From Nymphaea colorata (lineage: Eukaryota): a stretch of DNA of 64,000 nt. Location: positions 23,436,001-23,500,000 of the forward strand of contig NC_045138.2 in assembly GCF_008831285.2 (NCBI RefSeq), given 5' to 3'. This document shows positions 49,016-62,700 of this stretch, in pieces. Within the stretch, counting starts at the first letter, position 1; each line of letters starts with the position of its first letter. Made by a program: the position numbers and the translations under genes. A model generated the notes under the pieces. That model was not told the DNA's origin, did not search any database, and worked only from the letters and a program-made list of their open reading frames with translations.

Positions 49016-49396
49016 TATATGGTCTTCTTTCATTTTTTTTACATTGTCTTTGGTATATGCCTATGTTTACTTGTAATGGAGCCCCCTCCCACCAGCTTCA
49101 GTGAATGTTGGAGATTCTGTGTTTTTGGTGGTCGACATTTGAGTCCTATATAAATGGCTTCAGCCATCCTATGTAAGTAAAATTGAGTTTTCTTCAAGAT
49201 CTCCTTACTGTATTTCCTATCTGATGAAAGTAATATATGTTCATTATAAGTTCCTCCCTCTACTTCCTGTTGTTCTTTGCTTTTCATATGTACTCTTTGT
49301 TTTTGAGTTATATGCACACTCCTTTGTTCCTTAAGGCTTACGTCGGATATGCAACCATCATGCCTCATGGTATGAAGAAAATAGGCCAGTGACAAA

Positions 49397-50682
<1,286 letters not shown>

Positions 50683-52436
50683 CAGGTGGATGGTGCCAGG
50701 CCTATATATATATATATAGAACAGCCTCGGCAGGTGGATGGTGCCGGGCCTATTTATATATATAGAGACATCAAAATGGACCGTCGATTTAAGACCAATC
50801 CCCATCTCCCTCCCTTTCCCTCTCCCTCTCCCTCTCTCTCCCTATGCCTCTCTTTACCTCCCTCCCTCCCTCTTCCCCTCCCTCTCCCTTCTTCATCCAA
50901 CAAGAGCTATGCTGGCTCCGGCCTTGTAGTCGCCGACAGGCCCATTGGGCGGTGTCGGGGCAGCACCGTTCCATGGTCCCGCCTGCAACGGCAGGGCCGG
51001 AGCCAGCGGAGCACCCCCCTGCCTCTACCCTTGGTGGGTAGAGGAAAGGGGAGGCTGGCAGTCGTTCCCCTACCCAACACCGACCATCGGACGGTGCTGG
51101 CCAACCCAACAGGGGCCGCCGTTCAGCGGTGGGTGGGGGAATGATTCCTTCTTCTTCGTCCCTCGTGATGGAGGAAGAGGGGAAAGGGACAGTCACTCGA
51201 GGCGAGCTGTGGCTGTGAAGCTCATGTCGAGCTCGAGTCTAGCTCGAGCTCAACTCGGCTCGTGTGCAGCCCTAACTGGCATCGACCATAGTCAACACAT
51301 TGACGAGATTTTCCTAAAGATTAAAAGTTAATTCTTGGTGCACACTCTCTTGATAGAGCTGCTCCGGCAGTCCCATCCCAATTTTCCTTTTTTCCTTCCC
51401 TCTCTTTCTCTCTCTGTCTTTCTCTTTTTACATAGTGCCATTGCTACAACTAATGTGCAGATAGATTCTCATTTCGGTCTTGGGCTAATCCAACCAAGCC
51501 CTCTGATAGCCTGCATTGGACCATGAAGTTGACCATCAAATTGGCCTGACTAGATAACTAAGAGAATTGAGGCACAAGCTGCCAGCAAGGAGTTCAGGCC
51601 CACCCAAGCTTATCATGCAGTGTCTTGGGCTGGCCTAATGTGGCTCAATGAGTAGCCACAATTGCACATTTGTTTTCACTTGTAAGCTAATGGAATGGTC
51701 ATTCTAATCAAACTAAATTGCCCACATCTATTGACTTACTGATCTAATTTGCTGATCCATGTTCTTTCTATCTTTTAATCTCTTTTGTCATCTACTTCAA
51801 GTTAATCATACCAATAATCTAAACTGCCCAACTGTTTTGGCCATCAATGATGCAAACTTTTTTACTTGCAATTGATTGAATACAGATGGAGTTAAACGGA
51901 TACAGACTGCTTATGATAGAGCAAAAAAATTAACAAGTTTCACTTACATTTTATTACTACTTTAGATCTTCATACAATGGTGTGAGGGATTTACGAATGG
52001 ATGTGTAAAGATGGCTGATTTGCAATTTGAGAAATATAGCCAAGAGAAAGAGCAACTAAAAAGGAGCAATTCAATGAGTTGGCAGATGCCAAAGTGCTAT
52101 TTGCCTACTTGGAGCATCCCATGTTTTTAATTTTGGATGTCTCTCATAGATATCCAAAAGTAATGTATGGGATGCTCCAACCAGCCATACCCATTTGTAA
52201 GAGCCCTTTTCTTGCCAATTCATTGAACTGCTCCTCTCTTCACTCTTTCTCCCAACTTAGATACATAGTTCTCAAATTGTGTATTTGTTAATGAAGGTAG
52301 AGTACATAACTAGTCTTTTCTCTTTGCATCATTTCCTTTTTCTTCCTCTATTAGCCACTACCTTCCTCTTTGACCATCTACCTGCCTTGCTCTCCTATAA
52401 TTTTCCACCACAAAAACATCAATATGGTGCCTTATA

Positions 52437-52551
52437 CTATGTCACCTAGGTGTGGGGTGCGGGTGCCGGTACGGCACATCTCAAAAAATTTAGGTGCGGT
52501 GGTACGGTGAGGGTATTTATTATTATTATTATTATGATTAATATATTATTA

Positions 52552-52620
<69 letters not shown>

Positions 52621-53408
52621 CAAAAAATTGCAAACATTATATATAATATATATTATATCAGATCCAAACTTAGATATCTGGCTTCAATAACTGATCCGAT
52701 ACAGAGTTTATATTTGACTCAATATCAGAACTGATCCAGAGTTTATCTATCGGGGCAAGTAATGCCCGATAGCATATAAAAGTTCACAGAAAGGCCATCA
52801 TGACCCGACGCGGGTTCCCCTTCTCCTCTTCCTCTTTGTCTCCCTTTTTGTTGCCCTCTCATGTCTCCCCTTTCGTTGCCCTCTCATTCCTCTTCCTCTT
52901 TGTCTCCATTTTCGTTGCCCTCTCATTCCATAGGTGAGCATCCGATGCAGAGAAGAAAAGGTGGAGGAAGGAGCAGTGGCGGCGGTAGCGGTGCGGTGCA
53001 GCGACGATTAGGGTAACTAGGTTTTTTCTCTCCCATATGTTTCCCCCTTCCTTCTCACACTGTCTCGCCTGAGCCGTCTCTGTCTGCACTCTTTTCCTCC
53101 CCCGCTCCTCACTCGCCCTTTCTTCGTCTCACCTTCAGTCCCCCTCACCCTTGCTCTCTCTATTCCACCAAAGTGTGTCGACCCTCTCCCTTTGTCCCGA
53201 GATCTCGTGTCGTCCTTCTTCCTCTATCCCGAGCTTTCTGTCTATTTCCCCTTTCTATCTGCACTCTCTCACTCCCACAAGCTCTCACACCCTCTCTCCT
53301 GCACTCTCTCTCCTCTCCCTACCGCCCTCTCTCCCACACTCTCTCTCTCCTTACCGGTGCGGTTTGGGTGCGACCTCCTTGAGTTCCGGCGGCACCCTGG
53401 TGACTTAG
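52437..53408. mobile_element. Non-autonomous hAT element containing a (TA)n tract (about 52557-52618)
   Basis: Perfect 8-bp TSD GCCTTATA (52429-52436 and 53409-53416). TIRs CTATGTCACC / GGTGACTTAG. GGTGCGG subterminal repeats. Confidence 0.9.
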
Positions 53409-55237
53409 GCCTTATATATGCATCCTTTCATGAAAAACTCCTTCTCATTCTCAACGTTGAAATAGTTTGTGCATTTTCGACCATTTTGACAAATAGACAA
53501 CAAACATCTATTGCTGCTTGGAGGCTCTGACTCTTCAATGTAGGGGCAAGGGGATTTTATAAACCCTAGTTGAGTGAAAACAAGGAGTATTTATGAGACC
53601 AGAATATTGTGAACCACTAACCATAATGGCATTTATATTGGCATGGTTGTCACATGTTTGGTTGACTATGAATCAATCTATCATATTTGTCATAAATTGT
53701 CGAATTGTGAAAATAATGAAGTTTTGTGAAACAACCACTGCAACAACCAACATTGTGTGAATATTTTGGCATACAAAACATGAAACAACCCATCTATGGA
53801 ACTAACTCACTCACCAATGAAAAAATTGCTAAGTGGAACTAAGTTGCTCATTGCTTCGGCCTAAATGCTAATGAAATAACTTCTTTATGTAACTAAATCA
53901 TCTACCTGTTTTTGCCCATAAAAGGATCAAATAACACATCCATGGAACTAACTCGTGCTTCTGTCTTTTCCTATAAGCTAATTAAACAACCACTCTAGGG
54001 AATAAATCTTACATTTGTTTGACCATGGAACTAAATTGTGCAATTGCTTTGCCATTTATTCTAAGATTATCCTACTAATTATCTAAATCGCACACCCATT
54101 GTGAAATCAACAGAAGGTGCTTTCTTGCAAGTAAAATTAAGAGGAAATTGATTCACAGAATTTTTATCCCACAGATAAATAAATCAAAGTGAATATTTGA
54201 AGAGAACAACTACACAAACAATGCAGGTGAAATGATTATTTCACTAGAAACTTAAGTGGTAAGTAATATTTCATGTCAATGCATGAGTGAAGTACCTCAT
54301 AAGAGACGTAAATATGACGGACTTGCTGTTTAAGCGACTGCATGAATGGAACACATGAAAGTAGCATTGTTATCTAGAGATGAATATGACATACACGTTC
54401 TTTCCGTTGTTCTAGTGATAGATTGTTGAAATTGATAGTACGATATAGTAGGAATGCAAATTGACAACAAAAATGACTAATGTGTAGTTTGGACATACAA
54501 CTTAAAAACAATGATTTTCACTTTAGAATAAGATTTTTATGTTAAAATATGAAGTGAAAAGCACACAAGATAATAATTTTTAACTGGAGTCATAAGAAGT
54601 GAGTGGAAGGCTAAACTCAAAGAATAGATTGTAGAGAAGAGAAAATATTAAGAGTATTTATTACTCAAAACAATCCCCCTTTAAAGACCTTGCAAAATTT
54701 TTTGGGTGAACCTATATAAACAGAGCTTATTCAGAAGCTAACCTTGTTAATTTTTCAGCATAAAAATTTACCCTACAAATATCCTACAAGATGAACTTTG
54801 GGTTACCCCCCAAAGGCAAGTCATTGGAGGACCATCAAAAATATTGTCGTATGTGACCAACAAGCTTTGTGAAATAAAGCAACGCCATGTATCGACAAAT
54901 GCTAAAAGATGAAATCTTACATGCATTGAAGAAAACAGTAATAACACCAATGATTTTTATTTTTGAAATAGCTAAATGCAACGTTACTATAGCAAGTACC
55001 AAAGCAGTCACTGTAACAGTGCCACACACTACAATACTATAACACTTTTGACTTTCGGAGTCCATAAGGCACATGTGGCTGCAAGTTCTATCAACTTGGG
55101 GCCCCTCTCCTCTCGGCCATGCTATCCATGTAACAAAGTGAACCTTCTACCATCCTAAAAGAAGTCATTGTTCACAAAACTTACTTCCAAACTTATTTCA
55201 GTAAAAAAAAAAAAAAGGTGTACTGGTGCTTCACAAT

Positions 55238-55929
55238 CTATGATACCTAGGTGCGGCAGTTTTGGTCTCGCACCCGCGTCGACGCGGTGCGGGTGCAGAT
55301 TCGGGTGCGGGTGTGCCTCCGGTGCGCACCCAAATGGGTCAAATAAGAGTCGGGTGCGGTCAGCCGCACCCGGCTAAAATCGTCTTTTTTCGACTCGCAC
55401 CCGACTCGCGTTTGACCCGAGTCGGGTGCGGTCAAAGGCGAGAAAGTCTACTTTGGTCCAATTTTTAGGGTTTTTTTTTTTTAAGTTTTTAACAAAGTCG
55501 ATGGTTGCACCTTCTTCGTCCCTCTTCTTCGTCCTTTCCCTCTTCGACCCTTCTTCTTCTTCTTCTTCCCTCTTCTATACGTCGCATTGGGTGGAGCCGA
55601 CGAACTCGTCGCTTGCAGCGTGCAGGACAGGATGACTGTATAAACTGTGATTCTGTGAACTCAAAACTAAAGTATATTTCTTATTGAATTGATTATTGAT
55701 ACTCATATCATGATTAGCAAATTGCAGTTTTCATCTTGTTATTTAATAATTTTGTTGGTTTATTGACAATTTTTTGTCATATATATTATATACATATTAT
55801 TATAATAAATTAATAATAATAATAAAATACTCTCGCCACACCTCCGCACCAAATTTTTTTGAGATATGCCGTGCCGGCACCCGCACCGGCACCAGCACCC
55901 GCACCCGCACCCCGCAGTCAGTGACATAG
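55238..55929. mobile_element. Non-autonomous hAT element, same family as 52437-53408, opposite orientation
   Basis: Perfect 8-bp TSD TTCACAAT (55230-55237 and 55930-55937). Ends CTATGATAC / GTGACATAG. CGCACCC repeats. The right end is approximately the reverse complement of 52437-52540. Confidence 0.9.
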
Positions 55930-56458
55930 TTCACAATACCCTTATTTCAAATCCCTAAAGTGGACCGCCTTGGCCCCCCATGGCGTTAGGTGGCCGATGG
56001 ACTCGGGGGGTGGCCGGGGCCTAAAAGCCTTTCTGCTTGTGCTGCGGCTACGTCTCGCCGGCAACCCGAGCCTGGCGTACGGGAGCCCTAAGCCAGTGAC
56101 TTTTTGGCCAACCCTTCTCGTCGTCGCCCGTCGGCCGGCTCTTAAGGATTCGTCCCACCCGGTTTTGCCTCTCCACAGCCTCGACCGGCACTGGATGGCT
56201 CCTTCCATGCTTAGATGGCTCCTTCCATGTACTTGGGTGTAGCCCAATTTTAGGGACTCACAGAGGAGGCCAGTTGCTTGGGAGCTCGTTTCTAAGAGGC
56301 ATGTTAGTTTAACTTGCCACCACTGCTTTCCGATCAGCGGAAAAATCCTACTGTCAAAACCATTGACAGGAAGCGCAACTTGCTTGCACAGAAATACAAT
56401 GTTAGCGAAACAGGTAGCCTAAGAAATACAATGGTTCAGCTTTTATACCTTTCAAGTT

Positions 56459-58360
56459 ATGTTCCCAATTCCTTCAGTATCCGTCAACGACGAGTCCAAG
56501 ATCGCCAGGCCAAATTTCCTCTCTCTATCATCATCGAAAATCAACCACCAAGCCCCCCAACCCGTGCCTCCATTGCCATCTCCACAGCAACACCGCACCC
56601 TTCCTCCCATTTCAATCTCCAGTGCAGAGAAGACTTACAGGAACTTTTGCCACCTTCTTCAATCCTTTGTTCCCGTCAGGTCCCTAAGCAAAGGACAACA
56701 GATCCACGCTCATGCCGTGAAGGCTGGGCTGCAGTCTGTGATCTTGCTGGCCAATCATTTGATTAATTTGTATGCCAAATGCGACCACATAGGAGACGCG
56801 CAGAAGTTGTTCGACGAAATGCATCAACGAGTCCCGGCAACCTGGAGCTCGTTGATCTCTGGATATGCGCAGAACGGGCTTCCGGAGCATGCGCTTGACT
56901 GTTTCCGTGGCATGCATCGGGCCCATATGTTTGCCAACGAGTACACGCTTGCCAGTGCTGCAAAGGCCTGTGGGGCAGCGGGTGATGCGTTCCACTATGG
57001 ATGCTCGCTCCATTCTCTTGCTGTAAAGACTGGGTTCCACTTGAATGTGTTTGTGGGGAGTGCCTTAGTTGACATGTACTCCAAGCACGGCGATGTTGGG
57101 AATGCCCACAGGCTGTTTGAAGACATGCCTGAGAGGAATGTTGTGACTTGGAGTGGCATGATTGCTGGATATGTGCAGAATGGATTGGAGGAGGCGGCAC
57201 TGCTCCTTTTTAAGCAGGTCTTGAATGAGGAGGGTATGAGTCCCAATGATTTTACCTTCTCATGTCTAATCCGTGCCTGTGGGGTCACGACGGCTCTTAG
57301 TTTGGGCATGCAGTTGCATTCCTTATGCGTTAAGTCGAGCTTTGACTCATCAAATTTCGTAGGCAGTTCACTGGTGGGCCTCTACTCAAAATGTGGCATG
57401 TTTCATGATGCTCGACAAGTGTTTAACGAGATGCCCGAGAGGAATGTTGGTGCATGGAACTCTATTCTTATTGCGTGTTCCCAGCATGGGCATACTGAGG
57501 AAGCTTTTAGATTGTTGGATGGAATGAAAGCAGAAGGTTTCCAGCCAAATTTCATTACCTTCCTTTGCATACTGTCTGCCTGCAGTCACAGGGGGCTGGT
57601 TGATACTGGCGAGTACTTCTTTGGTGTAATGGAGAGCGTATTTGGGGTCGAACCAAACCCCGAGCATTATACTTGCATGGTTGATATGTATGCTCGAGCT
57701 GGTAGGCTTGATGAAGCTCTTGGTCTAATTGACAGAATGCCCTTCAAAGCAACTGAATCTGTTTGGGGGGCATTGCTCGCTGGATGCCGTATGCATGGGG
57801 ATACTGAAAGGGCGCATTTCGCAGCAGAGAAACTCTTCCAGATGGGGTCAAGGAACTCTGGCACGCATGTCTTGCTTGTGAATGCATATACAACTGCAGG
57901 GAAGTGGAAGGAAGCTGCGTTGGTTAGGAAGGCAATGAGAGACGAAGGAGTGAAGAAGGAGGTTGGGTTGAGTTGGGTAGCAGTTGGGAACAAAGTTCAC
58001 ACATTCGTGGCAGATGATAAATCCCACGTGCAAACACCGGAGATTTATGCTAAGCTAGAGGAATTGGACAGTGAAATTAGGAAAGCTGGTTATGTTGGTA
58101 TCAAGGGGTTCGCATCAACAGATGAAGTGAAGGAGAGGGTGGTTGGTTACCACAGTGAGAGGCTAGCAGTTGCATTTGGGCTTATCAGTATCAAAGGTTC
58201 AATGCCTATAAGGGTGATGAAAAATTTGCGGGTGTGCACAGATTGTCATGAGGCCATGAAGTTGGTTTCAAAGTGCACAGACAGGGTAATTATACTCAGA
58301 GACAACAATCGTTTCCATCACTTTGAACATGGTCTGTGCTCCTGTGGTGATTACTGGTGA
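56459..58360 (+). CDS. MEF1: PLS-class PPR-DYW C-to-U RNA editing factor, MEF1 (At5g52630)-like, 633 aa, intronless
   Basis: PLS repeats (VFVGSALVDMYSKHG; RNVVTWSGMIAGY), E domain (TESVWGALL) and DYW deaminase motifs (HSERLA, CTDCH, terminal CSCGDYW). KSSFDSSNFVGSSLV and PNFITFL match my recollection of MEF1. Family call is very secure; orthology is moderately secure. Confidence 0.9.
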   Translation: MFPIPSVSVNDESKIARPNFLSLSSSKINHQAPQPVPPLPSPQQHRTLPPISISSAEKTYRNFCHLLQSFVPVRSLSKGQQIHAHAVKAGLQSVILLANHLINLYAKCDHIGDAQKLFDEMHQRVPATWSSLISGYAQNGLPEHALDCFRGMHRAHMFANEYTLASAAKACGAAGDAFHYGCSLHSLAVKTGFHLNVFVGSALVDMYSKHGDVGNAHRLFEDMPERNVVTWSGMIAGYVQNGLEEAALLLFKQVLNEEGMSPNDFTFSCLIRACGVTTALSLGMQLHSLCVKSSFDSSNFVGSSLVGLYSKCGMFHDARQVFNEMPERNVGAWNSILIACSQHGHTEEAFRLLDGMKAEGFQPNFITFLCILSACSHRGLVDTGEYFFGVMESVFGVEPNPEHYTCMVDMYARAGRLDEALGLIDRMPFKATESVWGALLAGCRMHGDTERAHFAAEKLFQMGSRNSGTHVLLVNAYTTAGKWKEAALVRKAMRDEGVKKEVGLSWVAVGNKVHTFVADDKSHVQTPEIYAKLEELDSEIRKAGYVGIKGFASTDEVKERVVGYHSERLAVAFGLISIKGSMPIRVMKNLRVCTDCHEAMKLVSKCTDRVIILRDNNRFHHFEHGLCSCGDYW

Positions 58361-59233
58361 GCGACATGTAAACTCACAACGATATGTGGGTGTACGTAGC
58401 AATTTTGGAGGAACTAACAGAGATGGTCACTTTAGTCATTTTCATCCATGAGAATTATCTGATGTAAACTTAGCGTCGTGAGCAGCTTCTGAGCCCATTG
58501 TGGTTAGCAAGAGTGATTAAAGACTGATCCTCAACTAATTTTCTTACTGAAACCAAAAAAAACTTGGTCAAGTTATTTAGTGGACTCAGCCGATTCGATG
58601 GCTCTACCCTGAATCGTATTTTGAGAAACAGAAAACGGCACTGGATCGTCAGACTTACCAATTCAAGTTTTGGCTGAATTGAGTTTTGCCCAGCCGAGTC
58701 AAAAATTGGATTAGTCGTATATATATTGGAATGTACAACAAGTGAGCCGAGATTGAGCTCAGCTCATGTCAACATATTGCTCGTTTCGAGCTCGAATCGA
58801 TCTTAAGTCAAGCTTCCTCATGAAGTGAGCTTGAGCTCAAATTGAAAACTGAGTCTGAGCTCGACTTGTTTTGACTTGTTTAAACTCGTGTCATTTGACT
58901 CATATTTTTCTTTTTTGTTTTAAACAGTGAATTTGCAAGGTATTTACCTTTTCTAACCGAGTGTAAATGTGTTAAAAAGGAAGGAAATAAGTTCATCCAT
59001 GTTAATGCTGAAGTCATTTCAAATCGAAATAGCATGTCTAACCGAGTGTAATTGTGTAGTGTCATAATTGTGTAGTGAAACTGACAACGGTGCATTGTTG
59101 AAAATAAGGGTGAATTTGTACATCTAATGTTTTGGCTTCTGTACATCTGATGTTTCGTTGAAGAGAATCTTTGATAGTTTAATCTTAGAGGATCGTCTCC
59201 AAATAGTTCCTTCTAAAACCCTACAATGAAATA

Positions 59234-59749
59234 TAGGGCTGTTGAATGAGTCCAGCTTGACTTGACTTGTTTATTAAACAAGTCAAGTTCGAGTTAAGAA
59301 ATGAACTCAACAACCTAAATAAACGAGTCGAGTTCGAGTTAAGAAATGAACTCGACAACCTAAATAAACGAGTCGAGTTTGAGTTAAGAAATGAACTCGA
59401 CAACCTAAATGAGTCGAGTTTGTGTTAAGCGGGCTCGGCTTTGTAAAACTCAGTTAAGCTCAAAAAAGAAAATATATAAGATACGTCCCATAAAGCTATG
59501 AGAAAAAGTAAATTGCTCAAATGGGTATGCACGCCTCTTTCTTTAAAAATGAATGTTTTAATAAAATGTTTGGCTTGGCTCGAGCCAACATTCGGCTCGA
59601 GCTTAATCGAGCTGAGTTCAAGTTTTAAGAGCTTGAGTTGATGAAATTGAACTCGATTCCAGCACAAGCTGAATTCAAATTTCTTCCAAGACACTCGATG
59701 TGAGTTTGAGCTGGCTCAACTCGGCTCGAACTCGTTCATGAACAGTGTA
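59234..59749. mobile_element. hAT-type MITE with GAGCTCGA/CTCGAC subterminal repeats, containing a 3 x 45-bp tandem array (59276-59410)
   Basis: Left end TAGGGCTGTTGA; right end TGAACAG(TGTA). Flanks ATGAAATA / ATGAAATC (7/8). Array unit AAACGAGTCGAGTTCGAGTTAAGAAATGAACTCGACAACCTAAAT. The right end may instead be cut by the adjacent LTR (TGTAATG at 59746). Confidence 0.6.
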
Positions 59750-62700
59750 ATGAAATCTTAGTTCTCGAACACTACAACCGGCAAAGTCGAAGCGCAAGGC
59801 GTTGGGCACAAGCAGGCTGAGGCAACCCGAGCAGGCGTCAACATTTGTTCTGAGGTTAATCTGCAGAAAAGAGAGAGCTGTGGTAGACAGATTTCAGCCA
59901 AGGCCGAGTGCGCATAGTTGACAGTGGGTTAGAGCAGAGGCCAACCAGCTGAGCAGAGCTTAGGTGTGATTAAATGCAGTCAGATCAACAGCGAGAGTCT
60001 GGACAAAGATCAGCGGAGCGAGGCCGAAGGTCAGAGGTTGCTGGTCCGGGCAAACGAAGACTGTGCAGCTGGACTAGTTCGAGGTAGACCAGGCGCAGCC
60101 AAGAGTGTGTCAAGGTTAGGTTTAGCTAGCAAGAGCTCAGGCTAACCTGAGCGCGTCGCAGCTGGGTTCAAGCCCAGACTGAGTCATTTTACTTTTCTAT
60201 TTGTTGAGTCAGGTTTTGTACTCGTCTTAGTCTGAGACAGCGGCGACCCGAGACAGTCTAGTGGTATATAAACTGGAGACTACGCCAACTTTTGTAACTT
60301 TTGAAAATTCAATCAATGAAATAGACTTTTTCTCTCTCGCGTGAGAGTTCTTGCCGCTTGAGTGTGGCGCCAAAAAGCTTGGCCGACGAGGGAGACTCGC
60401 CGGAGAAGATGCATGACACCAGGACTAGAGGAGACGTATTTCTAAGCAGTTGTGCGAATCCGACCGAGGTGCATGTGTCTTCCATCCCAGAGACATCTAG
60501 AGGCCAGATCGGAGGAAGGAGAGCGCAGTGGAGAAGCGTGCATGCCGATCAACCGAGAGATTTCAAGATCTGCTGCAACTGATAGCTGGAGGATCATCTC
60601 CAGCGGTAAGATCCTAGACTCTGTGGATTTCTACCGTGAGAATGACCTGTTGATCCGATCAAAGGAGACAGAGATGCTGACGATATGCTCGATTGGAGTT
60701 TTTCTTGTCGGACACATTAGATCGGTCTGATTCAACTTAGATCGAAGGATTTGAGGTGTTGACGAGATCGAGCGAGAACGATCCCTGTTTCAGGTAGATC
60801 GCCTAATGTTTGACTTAGATCAACTTTAATTCTTCTAAAAATCAGTTCTCCAGGTCGCAATTGATGTTTACTTGATGTGAATGATCTGCGACGAGCAACG
60901 AAGCTGAATTTGTCGAGAAATTAGAAGATTGAAGATGAAGACCAGGTGCTGAGTTCTTGTTCAGATGAAGTGACAGAAATCTCTGATCATCTGCAAATCC
61001 CCGATGATCGGAGATAGATCTGATGGTGGAAATGGCTCAGATATCTTCGTAATCATTAGAGAATTATTCTGGTGAAGTTTGGGAAGAATCCGAGTTGATT
61101 TGGATAGTCCACCGGAGCTGTTATGAATCGCGGTGATGAATCACGGAAATCGACAGTGCTTTTCCTTCGATAGCTAGAATTTGGCCGAATTTCATCTTCA
61201 ACGAGCGGCCAACTGGAAGCGAATTTGGAGCTGATTTTTGGAGCGTCTAATCCTCTAGATCTTGGCTTCCTCCAAACCAAATTTGCACAATTTTTAGAGC
61301 TCTGTGTGATGAGATATGAATTTTTGAAGGAGACTGCCTCTAGAACAGCACATGAGCCTGTGACAAGCTGTTTTAGGCTGAACACAGGCCAACGAGTCAT
61401 CAGCTGGAGATGACTTTGGGGCTGATCTTTGGAGCATCTATTTCTCCAGATCATAGCTTCATCCGGACCAATTTTCACGATTTTAGGAGCTCTGGACACA
61501 GAGATATAAATTTTTGAAGAGGCACGGGTCAGGAAGCTGGTTTCACACATGCGAGAGGGATTCTCGCCAATTTTCCCAATTTCTGTTACAGATTTGGGTG
61601 AAATGGATTCTCTGGTGCATTCTCCATGACTCAAGCTTGATTAATTAAGGAATAAGGAATCCGGTACTAAAAGTTGAATTTCCTAAATTCAGTGGAAAGA
61701 AAGCTCAAGACTGGGTTTTCAAGGGTGAGAGGTATTTTCAATGCCGGCATACCACCCGAACAAAAGCTTATATACGCTATGCTGCATTTCGAAGGGGAAG
61801 CCTTGGAATGGTATCAATGGATCAGTTTTAGGGAGCCAAATCAGACTTGAGACCAGTTCTGGAATGAGTTGATGAGTCGGTTTGAAGAATCCAGATTTAC
61901 AGATTTAATATACAGCTTAAAAATTTGACTCAAACTAGATCAGTGTTGGATTATCAACACAAATTTAAAAGCTTATCTTACCAAGTGAGGGGCTGGGACG
62001 AAGCTGCCCTAGTAGGAGCTTTCATTGGGGGATTGTAGCCTAATATATAATTAGCCATGCTTTCTCAAGAATCTTGTGACTTAAAGGTGTGCATGAAAGT
62101 TGCCCAACATAAAGAAGAAAAATTAGAACGAAAATGGGCTCTCAAAAAGCAAGCCAAGAGGTATGATCCACATCGGACCAGACCACCTGAAAATAAAGTG
62201 ACACCAACAGTTAAAGAGGTGTTACAGCCCACCTATAACAAGCTCAAAAAACAATACATTACCCCACAAGAACGTGATGAAAGAATGGCAAAGGGGTTAT
62301 GTTACCATTGTGATGCTAAATGGTTCAAGAGGCATAAGTGCAAAGAGCAAAAAGTGTTCATACTCATAGGTGACGAAGATGATGAATATGAGGATGAACA
62401 ATCCGACTAAGAAGAAAATGAAAAAGCAGCTATAGAAGAGCAAAGCACAACTGAGTTAGCAGCAGGAAGAGAAGGGTTATGTCATATATTGACCAACCCT
62501 GATGGCCCGAATTCGATGAAAGTTAGAGGACGAATAGGCAAACATCAAGTTATTGTTCTTATTGACACCGGTGCTACACATAATTTCATGAGTACATTGA
62601 TAGCCCAAAGCATTGGATTCCAACCTAATCCTTAAGTGGCCTTTAATGTCATGGTAGGATATGAGTCTAAGTTGCCTTGTACTGAAATGTGCAAGGATGT

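Larger units (their letters stand above)
38104..49394 (+). mobile_element. Degenerate Ty3/Gypsy (chromovirus-like) element whose 3' LTR is split by a nested element
   Basis: 5' LTR about 38104-38503, then PBS-like CTAGTATCAGAGT. Gag (KGYNGTEDAKELENFL), protease (VTHNFIS), RT (DLCSGYWQ; VVVYLDDIVV), RH, and integrase to about 42900. PPT GAAGGGTGGAGCA followed by TGTTCA at 43298. 3' LTR = 43298-43322 plus 49021-49394. TSD CAGAG / AAGAG (4/5). Confidence 0.8.

Noticed and set aside
56314..58033. Alternative-frame and antisense ORFs overlapping the PPR gene
   Set aside because: Shadow ORFs of the long coding frame with no independent support.
59276..59410. CRISPR-like regular repeats
   Set aside because: The units are head-to-tail with no unique spacers, the context is eukaryotic, and there are no cas genes.
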